Of a stretch of 64,000 nucleotides of DNA, positions 1-9,009 are shown one piece after another. Each line of letters starts with the position of its first letter. The stretch's first letter is position 1. The stretch comes from an uncultured Gemmatimonadales bacterium (GTDB lineage Bacteria > Gemmatimonadota > Gemmatimonadetes > Longimicrobiales > RSA9): contig CAWAMW010000002.1 of NCBI GenBank assembly GCA_963783305.1, positions 128,001-192,000 of the forward strand, given 5' to 3'. The position numbers were made by a program, and so were the translations under genes. Below the pieces are notes generated by a model that was not told where the DNA came from, ran no database searches, and worked only from the letters and a program-made list of their open reading frames with translations.

Positions 1-1
1 T

Positions 2-484
2 CGGCGCGGGGTCCGGATGTCTCTTTTGTTCACGGACGTCAACGACTTCAAGCAGATCAACGACTGCTGGGGCCACAGCGAGGGAGACCGTGCCCTTCGG
101 GAAGTGGCGGACCTGCTCCGGGCCTCTTTCCGGGAGTCCGACCTTCTGGCCCGGCTTGGCGGCGACGAGTTCGTCATGGTCCCCATCGACGCGCCGCCAC
201 CCAACAAGGTCATCCCCGAGCGGCGCCTCATGCAGAAGCTCGCCGAGCGCAATGCCGCGACCGATCGGCCGTACAAGCTGTCGCTGTCGATCGGCACCGC
301 GGTGTTCGACCCCATGAATCCCAAGACCCTGTGGGAGCTGGTCCGAGACGCCGACATGGACATGTACGGCCAAAAACCCTCCGGGAATGGACGGAGCCAG
401 AGCCTCCCCACCCCGGCTGGCGCCCCCTCGACGAAGGCGACGGGCGCTGCCCTGGCGCGAGTCCGCAGCCGGGCCTTCGACTAG
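2..484 (+). CDS. Diguanylate cyclase (GGDEF domain), 5'-truncated by the window edge
   Basis: DVNDFKQIND-x-WGHSEGD and RLGGDEF motifs, then SIG and ADMDMY. The frame is open back to the window start. Confidence 0.9.
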   Translation, partial: RRGVRMSLLFTDVNDFKQINDCWGHSEGDRALREVADLLRASFRESDLLARLGGDEFVMVPIDAPPPNKVIPERRLMQKLAERNAATDRPYKLSLSIGTAVFDPMNPKTLWELVRDADMDMYGQKPSGNGRSQSLPTPAGAPSTKATGAALARVRSRAFD

Positions 485-590
485 CCAGGCGCCGGAGCCG
501 ACGCTCCGCGTCCGCACCCACCGAATCTCCAGGGCAACGTCGCCCTGCTCCCACCGCCCTCGACCTGCGGTGCGACCGCCCGTTAGCCCT

Positions 591-643
591 GGGGCGCCAG
601 CTCCACCTTCACCCACCCCTGTTCCCGGCGATCGAACGACTCG
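591..643. repeat. 53-bp direct repeat, copy 1 (displaced 3' end of the alcohol dehydrogenase gene; putative att site)
   Basis: ggggcgccagctccaccttcacccacccctgttcccggcgatcgaacgactcg is identical to 7708-7760. On the minus strand it reads ESFDRREQGWVKVELAP, then QG and a stop at 583-585. Confidence 0.93.
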
Positions 644-993
644 GCGACCGATCCCAACGGGCAGTCTGTTCCGCACTGGATGTTCCGGTCCGGATCGACT
701 GGTCTTCCTCGGGCGGCGGGGCCGTGGCGGAGCCGGCGGACACCGCCGACGGTGAGCAGATCGTAGTGGCTCCACTTCCGGGAGTGCGGAAACCGCCTCA
801 CCCTCCCCACATCTCGCCGGGGTCCGCATGCTGGTCCTGCATCTGTCTCCCCCTCCACGTCAGCGTCATGAGCGCGTCTCTTCATCCCAAGGTACCGCTG
901 GGCGTCGCGCGTGCTCCCCGAAGAACACGGCGCCCCCGCGAGCAACTCGCGGAGGCGCCGTCGGTCAGCAGAAGTCCGGGGTCTCAGGCTCCG

Positions 994-3900
994 TCAGATC
1001 CCGTCGGTGCAGAAGGTCTCGCCCGCGTAGCCGGACGGCGGCGTGTACCACCAGAGACAGTTGTTCGGCGGCCGGGCGGGGATGGCCGTGATGAGCCAGA
1101 CGAGCCCGTTCAGCCTCTCCTGCGTCGGGAAGGGGTAATACGGTCCGAACTCCGGGTCTTCCAAGATCTCCTGGAGGCGGAAGGTGCCACCCAGGTTCCG
1201 GTCGTGGATGCCCCACCCGTAGAAGCCGGGGATCAGTCCCAGCGGGCCCGTGAAGGGGAGGAACCCCTCCGGCCGCTCGTGGAACGTGTTCACATGGCTG
1301 TAGAAGTTGCCGACGTGGAGGGTGTAGCGGCTCCGCGGATCGCGGCGCGCCGGGTCCTGATTGCCGCTGTGCCACGAGCGGACCTTCGCATACTCCAGGA
1401 AGGCCGCGCCGGGGGTCCATCCCGCGACGTACTTCCGCATGGTGCAGATGATCCCGCATCCCGGCGTCCCGGTGAACACCTCGTTGCCGTTCTTGAAGCC
1501 GGTGAGGACGGCCTCGTTCATCTGGCGGGCCGCATCCTCGTATGCCACCCCGTGGTCGCGGACCAGCGTCATGGCCAGGAAGTCGAAGAACCCCGCCGCT
1601 GCACCGTATCCGGTCGTCCAATCGTTGCCGAGGAAGCCCATCACGTCCAGGTCCTCCCCGTTGTTACGGGACGGCTCGTTATCGATCCACGCGTTGAACG
1701 CCGCCCAGATGTCGCCCCCGTCGCTTCCCAGGTTCCGGTATGCCGCCCGGCGCCGGAGCACCTCGAAGGCCATGTATGCGGCGCCGCCCTCCACGTTCCA
1801 CTGCTTGTAGGTCCCGGGCATGAACCCGGCGTCTATCCGGCGCTCGCGCTCCCACAGCCAGTGGCTGTGGGCGAACTCGTGGGCCAGGAGACTGATGATC
1901 TGGTTCGGCCGCAGTCCGATGCTGCCGTCGATCATATCCTTCCGGGCCGTTCCCATGCCCCGGGTTTCCACGAACCTCGTGACGTTCACGACGAGCTGCT
2001 CGTGGTGCGCCATCGTCCGCGGCCGGTGCGTGCTCGACAGCACCTGTCGGTACCAGGGCTCGGCCTCCGACATCAGGTAGTCGGCGGCCTCGCGGATCGC
2101 CGTCTCCCTGTTCTGGAACTCGGCCTTCATGGCCACGGCCTTCTCGTACCCCGCCGTCCCCACCGAATCCGGGTCCGCCCAGGGGGTCGTGAAGACGAAG
2201 TATCCGCCGTGAGATGCCCTGGACCTCCACCTTCTTCGGCCGAGCCGAGATCGTGTAGGTGGTCAGCGTCGTGAAGGTGTCGCCCACCGCTAGTGGGGCC
2301 CGCCGGTACATGTATTCGGTGCCCTCGTAGCCGAACCACGGCGTCTCCTGCCAGTCGGGGATCGTGTCCGCGCTCACACAGTCAATCTCCGGGTGCGCGT
2401 CGCAGATCGCCTGGTGGTCCGGGTTCCCCGGCTCGTAGGCGGCCGCCAGGCCGGTCGGAACGGACCGCGACCCGCCCAACTGGGGCCCGCGCGCGGTTCG
2501 TCCTTCGTGCAGCCGGGCCTGCTCCTCGTGGAACCGCGCCTCCTCCTGGGCGTGCTGTTCCTGGATGCTCAAGGGGTCCCGCTCCGCACTCCACATCGCC
2601 GGCGGGTCACCCGAGAGCATTTTGAAGCTCGATAGGCCGGTCGACGGAGCCGTGCCCGCCGCACCCGCCGCGAGCAGATCCTGATACCACTGGTCCACGT
2701 TGTAGACGAGGTCGGGCATGGGCGTCTGCGACTGGAACCCCATGCCGACGTCGCTCCAGCCCGGTCCCCCGTACGGGAACACCGGGTCATTCGAGCGCGG
2801 GTTGTCCGCGTACTGGAAGTGCGTGGTGTCGACGTAGACCAGGTTGTAGAGGCTCGAATCCTTCCAGGTCACGTCGCTGTAGTATTCGTTGCGCAAGTCC
2901 CACGGCTGACCCGGTTCGGTGACCGCGATCCGGACGCAGTGCGTCAACTCGGCGGCCGTCATCTCCCGGACCTCGTAGTGATCCAGGGAGATGACCTCGC
3001 CCTGATGCGGGACGAGGAGCTGCGGGTAACCCCCACCGACACGCACGTCCGCGCCGGGAACGACCAGGCGCCGGCGAACCGTCCCGCCGCATTCCGCCGA
3101 CGGAGTAGACCTCCGTGCTGAACACCAGCGTGGTGTCCGTATGCGTAAGGAGCGCCACGGTGTCCGCTCCGGCCGTAATCGTTGCGGGATCGATCTGAAG
3201 GAGGTTGATGCCCCGAAGGGTAATCGGAGTGCCGTCCTGCGTGATCTCCGCGGGCGCGTCCATGGCGAAGACGATGGGGTCGGAGACCTCGCCGGTCACG
3301 ACCAGGTCCGCGGGAAGGATCCATGGCATTCCCGCGGGGCCACGAACGCGGAGGCGCGTGTGTCCGGGCCCGGCCAGCTTCAAGGTATCCCCCGACAGGG
3401 CGGCGCCGTCCAGAATCGAGGCATAGTACTGAGGATATGTCGGCGCCACCGTCACCGTCTCGAAGGCGGCGTCGTGATAGGCCGCACCCCGGAATGTCGC
3501 CGTCACCACCGCGACGGCGCCAACGCCGTCCAGGTGGACCGAATCGGCGGACAGCACCAGCGGCGCGGGCTCGCGGACGAAGACCGACAAGGTGTCGGCG
3601 AACCGCTTGCCGCGCGCCTCGATGGCCGCCTCCAGCCGGACCGTCCCGCTCTGCTGCGCGCGGAGCCGGACCTGCCCGCGGTCCGTTGGCTCCACGGCCG
3701 CCGCCCCGTCCAGGACCGTATACGTCACCGAGTCGCGCCAGTGGGCCCCGTCCACGCCTGCGAACTCGTGCCCGACGTGGAGGTTCGCGGTCGTGCTCTC
3801 GGTCACCTCGAGGGTGTCGATCCCGAGCGAATCGGGCCGGTCGGGGTTGAACGCGATGTCCAGACGGAATGGGTACGCGGCCACGGCGGCCTGCGCGACT

Positions 3901-4277
3901 TCCTCACCCTCGGAGTACCCGAGGGTCGCCGTCACCGTGGCCCACCCCGGTCCACCCGTGGCGGACAGGACGCCGTCCGCCACCGTGACCAGCGCCGAAT
4001 CGCTCGTCGACCAGGCAACGGCGTCCATATACTGCCGCGTCACGTCGACCCCTCCGGCGTCCCGCACCGTGGCCACGAGCGTGTCGAGAGTTCCCTCCTC
4101 GAGCGCCAGCGTATCGGGCGCGAGCGTGAGCGTGAGGGTGAGCCGGATCTCCGGCTCGGTCGGCGGCAACTCCGCCTTCTCGTCGCCACAGCCACTTGCG
4201 ACGAAGAGGAAAAGGAGTATCAGCGCCAGCGCCGGCCGGAGCGACGAAAAATAGTTTTCCGGGAAATGGCTGGTCAT
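994..4277 (-). pseudogene. Large (~1090 aa) lipoprotein with Ig-like domains and a C-terminal zincin metallopeptidase-like domain, split by two frameshifts (~3100 and ~2211)
   Basis: Lipobox VASGC; Big_2-like VAWSTSDSALVTVADG segment; HEFAH followed by WNVEGGA. ORFs 2787-4385, 1679-3046 and 994-2163 join into one coherent protein; atctcacggc at ~2211 reads IYGGYFVF after removing one base. Confidence 0.75.
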
Positions 4278-4326
4278 AACGCGCTCGTGATTCGTTGGCA
4301 GGTTGTGGATCGTCGCCCGGACTCTC

Positions 4327-5173
4327 TTACGCGGCGAGGCGCTCGATTTCACCGGCCGACTCCAAAGCAGAGATCGTCTGAGCACTCGGCTCGAGCGGCT
4401 TACGCGCGATCATCCCGAGTGAGAGTCCCAGCCATGGGGCGAGCCGGGTACGCTCGATTGTGCGGAATACCCTGGCGATCGGACCCCGCTTTGCGTCCAG
4501 GCGCATTGGGAGCCGTACACCAAGGATTCCAGCCATCTCGCGATAGGATCCGGTAGAGCAGGGATGGGTGCATGAAGTATCCATATACTCGCTGGACGGT
4601 GCAGCTATCCGCCTCGAGGAGGGTGCGCAGCTCGGTCGGAGAGAACTCGGTTTCCCACCCGGCGAACCAACGGTTCGCAGCGATGAGACCCTTCTTCAGG
4701 AGAGTGTACGGGTGCCAGCGCTGCGGAACGTCGACCAGAAGGAGACCGCCCGGCTTCAGGAGCGCCAGGTTCGCTTCGATCAAACCCGCGGGATCCTTGA
4801 AGTGCTCCAGGAGCCCTTGGTGGAAGACGATGTCGAAGCTGCCGGGCTCCAGCGGCGGAGCCATGGCGTCGCCGAGCACCGGCGTTGCTCCCGGCGCGGC
4901 TTGTCGGCACAGACGGAGCGCTTCTCGAGAGATGTCGAGCATCACGACCTCGGCGCCCAGGCGGAGCAGGGCGCCGCTCTCACGGCCGGTTCCGGGCCCG
5001 ACCTCGAGGATCCTCTTGCCCGCAACCACGCCGCCCGCAGCCGTGACGATCTCACCCACGATGTCGGATACGGCCGGGTATATTTCCTCCACCTCGCGGG
5101 CATGCCAGAAGGCATCCCACGGGTCTGCGGTGGTTGGGTCTGCACTGCGGGCCCTCGGAAGAATCGAACTCAT
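4327..5173 (-). pseudogene. Class I SAM-dependent methyltransferase with a frameshift near 4543
   Basis: ILEVGPGTG motif I, MLDIS, GDA, FDIVFHQGLLEH and LKPGG. After LYRIL a plausible C-terminus (REMAGILGVRLPM...GMIARKP) continues in a different frame (ORF 4327-4584). Confidence 0.75.
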
Positions 5174-5900
5174 CGTGGGATTCCTTTTGAATGGCTTCGC
5201 GATCCGGTATGCTTACGTTCGGACTGTACGGGGTCGCGTCATGAAACAAGCATCGGCGGCGCCTATTCCGTACTTAAGACGGGAATCTCCCGGAATCAGC
5301 AGTGGGAGATTTCCCCACCCGAGGGACGAGGGCGTGAATGGCAGGGCGCCAGCATGCGCTCTTCTCAGCGCCAAAGAGAACCCCGTGGGTGCATCACCCC
5401 GGGTTTACAAGAGACCCCAACGCTCGAGCGACTGGGGTCCTGAGCGAGCCACAACGGCTTTCGGCTGAGGTTCGGAAGCGGGCCGTCCCACTAATGCGAG
5501 ACCATGAGGACGAGCACCGATCAGAGTCGGCAGCCAGCAGCTCGGTCGCAGAGAAAACCGGCTGTTAGGCGGAGGCGGTTCGGAAGTGGGTGCGCCATGG
5601 CGTGTGGAATAGCGGCCGCCGTTCGGGCCTCAAGACGTCCGCCTAAGGCCCAGGAGGCGGGCCCGGAGCGCAGATCGGCCCGAGCGAAGGGGGGGAGGCA
5701 ATGAAGGGTCGAGATCGGTCGGGTCTGGCGGGAGAACTTCGCCGCCGACGCCGCGCCGTTCGCACAGGCAGCCACTCCACCTCGCGGGTGCTGGAGATGG
5801 CCCAGTAGCCGCCGACCTCATCGGTGGTGCGGAAATGTCAACCGGCCCGGTGAGAGAGGCGAGACGCCGTCGCTACACGAGGACTGTGCCAAAAACGGCG

Positions 5901-6621
5901 TCAGAACTCACTGACGCTGGCACCCGGCTCGAGAATGGAGGCCGCTGCGATGGCCCCTTCCGTCCCGATCTTGTCGTACCCGGCCTGCGTCTAGTGAAAT
6001 GTGTCGTAATAGTAGTTGCTGTCCCAGAAACTGCGTCTCGTAGTCATCGGCCGTCCCGAGTCCACCCATTGACGGGTCCAGGAATATGGCGTCCTGCCCA
6101 CCCTGATCCCAGATGAGCCCGCGAAGGTTGACCGTGTAGCCCAGCGCCTGCAGGCTCGTGATGCCGCTATTCCAGGCATCGACAGCTTGCGTGTATTCAT
6201 TCGGGAAGACATCCGACCAGTTATTGCCGGGGGATACAACCTCCTGCTGAGCGCTGGAATTGGAGTATTTGTTATGGTAGGCTGAGACGCGCCCTGTCTG
6301 ATTCCAGTATTCGACGCCAAATGCGGGACCGAACCCGCCAGCAACGTCCCCGAGCGAAGAGAGGACTGAGCCGTTGTAGTCATACGCCGTCCCGGGGATC
6401 GGGGTGGGCACCGGGCCTCCCACGTTCCGCTATCCGGCATTACTCTGGCCGCCGATGAAGAAAAGGTCTATCTCTCCACGCGGCCCTACCTCTTCGATCG
6501 GGGGCCCTGCGGGGTCGCTGTCGCAAGCGGAGAGGAGCAGGGAGAGCGTGGTAGCCAGAAGAAGGGAGAGGGTGAGTAAAGTGCGGTAGCGTGGGTGAAG
6601 CTCGGGAGCGGCGTCAGGCAC
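5901..6621 (-). pseudogene. Lipoprotein sialate O-acetylesterase-like / CE6 (SGNH) esterase remnant
   Basis: Lipobox LSAC; GGQSNAG block I followed by an in-frame TAG (6430-6432); WDQGGQDA block III; C-terminal DTFH*TQAGYDKIG (DxxH) in a shifted frame with a second TAG at 5991-5993. Confidence 0.75.
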
Positions 6622-6778
6622 CGTCCACCTCCATGGCTGAATTGGGGCGCGGGCCCCTATACAGGCGCTGCGGTCGGGAGTTCTCGGCAGGTCCCCCACG
6701 CTCGACGGCAGCTCGAGCTCTGACATTCACTCTTCGCTGGAGCCCTGCTCAGCCAACCTACTCAGTGAAACAGAACGA

Positions 6779-6810
6779 AGCCCCCCGGCGCGACCTCGCG
6801 CCGGGGGGCT
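6779..6810 (-). terminator. GC-rich hairpin terminator downstream of the PEP-CTERM gene
   Basis: agccccccggcgcga / tcgcgccggggggct inverted repeat. Confidence 0.7.
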
Positions 6811-6867
6811 CGTCTTCTTTCGTGAGCAGCAACGCGCTATGCGCGGGCTACGCCAACCGGCTACCAG

Positions 6868-7416
6868 CTACCCGTGCGACTCCACGTCGCCGTTTCGCCG
6901 ACCGCGCGCCACCACGCCCACACCGAACATGCCCATTCCCAGGAGCAGGAGGGACGCCGGCTCCGGAACCGAAGTGGCCGCAAACTGCCCTTCGAGGGTG
7001 ATGCCGCCGATCCGGACGTTGGTCGCCGATGTCTGGACCACGGTCAGATCGGCCACACCGTCATCGAAGATCGACAGCTCCGCTCCGGAGAACGTGTAGG
7101 ACCATGGCCGGTAATCCGCACCGGTCCCCCAGCAGTCGGGATCCAGGTACACGCACTGCGAGACGAGGATTCCGTCCAGGAACAGGTCGTACCCCGCTGT
7201 GCTGCTGGGCACAATGGCCGTTCCGTACGTGCCGGAGATCATCGCCGTGAACAGGCTCGCACCCGGCGTGAATGTGCCGATCAGCACCGACGCGAGTGGG
7301 AATCCGGAAGTGACTGCAGGGCCATCATAGTCGCCGAGGCTCTCGGAATACTGAGCCTGGACAGGGGCGACGGCAATGCCGAAGAGGAGCGTTCCAGCGA
7401 TCAAGAAATGCTTCAT
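6868..7416 (-). CDS. PEP-CTERM sorting domain-containing secreted protein
   Basis: Signal peptide ending VQA-Q; C-terminal VPEPASLLLLGMGMFGVGVVARGRR. Confidence 0.92.
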   Translation of the reverse strand: MKHFLIAGTLLFGIAVAPVQAQYSESLGDYDGPAVTSGFPLASVLIGTFTPGASLFTAMISGTYGTAIVPSSTAGYDLFLDGILVSQCVYLDPDCWGTGADYRPWSYTFSGAELSIFDDGVADLTVVQTSATNVRIGGITLEGQFAATSVPEPASLLLLGMGMFGVGVVARGRRNGDVESHG

Positions 7417-7696
7417 GGGGCCTCCAAAGAGGGGGACGGGGGGTTTTACGTGGTGAGCGGGGTTCCACGGGGTCGCGACCCGTTAACGGGCACATTTCGA
7501 GCCGGGCTGGTGGCGTCACGTTGTACCCTCCTTGTAACTCCATTCGAGACAACAACGTGCAGGCTCGCCCGCGGCCGGAGCAGATTCTGGCGGCGGAGCA
7601 GAAGTGCCGCGGGCGCACCGCACCCTGTCGCACGCCTCCCCCAGGCGGGGCGGCCAGCCCTGCCCCAGGCTGGGGGTGCCAACCCTGCGTCCCGGG

Positions 7697-8914
7697 CTAC
7701 ACCGTTCGGGGCGCCAGCTCCACCTTCACCCACCCCTGTTCCCGGCGATCGAACGACTCGAACGCCGAGATGGCATCCGTGAGGGGCTCGAGCTGCGTCA
7801 GGAGCTTCGACGGCTCGAACACACCGGACGCCGCGAGCTCCACCAGGTGGGGGATGTACTTCCGGTGGTGGCAGTTGCCCATGTTGAGGGTCAGGTTCTT
7901 GTTCATGGCCTGGCCGATGGGGAAGGTCATGGAGTCCTCGGCGTACACGCCGATGATGGAGAGGGTGCCGGCCTTGGCCAGTGCGGCGGTGCCCCAGCGG
8001 AGCACCTGGGAGGGCGCATCGCCGGGCTTCCAGAGGTCGCCCTCGGGGTTCCGGTCCGGCGCGATCTCATCGACCTCCTCCTGGAACTCCTCGGCGTTCT
8101 CCCGGGCCTCGTCCGCGGCGGGGCCCGCGTGGGGATGCTCCGCATCCACGCCCACGGCGTCGATGGCCCGGTCGGCTCCGATCCCGCCCGTGAGCTCGAG
8201 GATCGCCTCGATGGGGTCCTCCGCATCGAAGTTGATCACCTCCGCGCCCTGGCCGCGGGCCATCTCGAGACGGGACTCCACGGCGTCCACGGCCAGGACC
8301 CTGCCGGCGTCCATGAGGAGGGCGCTGGCGATGGCGAACTGGCCCACGGGTCCGCAGCCGAACACCACGACGGTGTCCCCCGGCTCGATCTCGGCCATCT
8401 CGGCGCCGAACCAGCCGGTGGGGAAGATGTCGGAGATGAGGATGGCGTCGTCGTCATCCACGCGCTCGGGGAGCCGAACCAGTCCCACGTTGGCGAAGGG
8501 GATGCGGGCGTACTCGGCCTGGAGCCCATGGAACGGACCGCTGGACTCGGGTCCGCCGAAGAACGCGGTGCCGGCGAGTGGGCCGTTGGGATTGGCGTTG
8601 TCGCACTGGGCGTAATACCCAGCCCGGCAGTAGGAGCAGTAGCCGCAGGCGATGGTGGAGGGGATCACCACGCGATCGCCGGGCCGGAGGTTCCGGATGC
8701 CCGTCCCGACTTCCTCCACGATCCCGACGCCCTCGTGCCCGAGGATGGTGCCGGGCTTCATTCCGCTGAGGGTGCCCCGGATCATGTGCAGGTCCGTGCC
8801 GCAGATGGCGCTGGCGGTCAGCCGGACGATGGCGTCCGTCGGTTCCTGGATCTCGGGCTCCGGGACGTCGTCCAGCCGGATGTCCCCCACGTCGTGCCAC
8901 ACCACTGCCTTCAT
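7697..8914 (-). CDS. Zinc-dependent alcohol dehydrogenase (MDR family, formaldehyde dehydrogenase-like)
   Basis: MKAVVWH start after GGAGG; ICGTDLH, GHEGVG, structural-Zn CGYCSYC...C, GCGPVG. Confidence 0.93.
   Translation of the reverse strand: MKAVVWHDVGDIRLDDVPEPEIQEPTDAIVRLTASAICGTDLHMIRGTLSGMKPGTILGHEGVGIVEEVGTGIRNLRPGDRVVIPSTIACGYCSYCRAGYYAQCDNANPNGPLAGTAFFGGPESSGPFHGLQAEYARIPFANVGLVRLPERVDDDDAILISDIFPTGWFGAEMAEIEPGDTVVVFGCGPVGQFAIASALLMDAGRVLAVDAVESRLEMARGQGAEVINFDAEDPIEAILELTGGIGADRAIDAVGVDAEHPHAGPAADEARENAEEFQEEVDEIAPDRNPEGDLWKPGDAPSQVLRWGTAALAKAGTLSIIGVYAEDSMTFPIGQAMNKNLTLNMGNCHHRKYIPHLVELAASGVFEPSKLLTQLEPLTDAISAFESFDRREQGWVKVELAPRTV
7708..7760. repeat. 53-bp direct repeat, copy 2 (within the 3' end of the ADH gene)
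   Basis: Identical to 591-643. Confidence 0.93.
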
Positions 8915-9009
8915 TGCGCCGCCTCCTGTGCCATATGAAAACGGCCGACCCGGGACGAGTCCGGGCCGGCGTCGGTCATGAGGCTCGTCGGCGCACTGAT
9001 CGTGCCGGC

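Larger units (their letters stand above)
591..7760. mobile_element. Putative genomic island (~7.1 kb) inserted in the 3' end of the Zn-ADH gene; no integrase visible
   Basis: Flanked by exact 53-bp direct repeats. The cargo is all on the minus strand, partly AT-richer, and mostly pseudogenised. Confidence 0.7.

Noticed and set aside
531..590. Imperfect hairpin AGGGCAAC...GTTAGCCCT resembling an attC site next to the island boundary
   Set aside because: The cores deviate from RYYYAAC/GTTRRRY and the L-box spacing does not fit. It is better explained as a terminator between the formerly convergent GGDEF and ADH genes.
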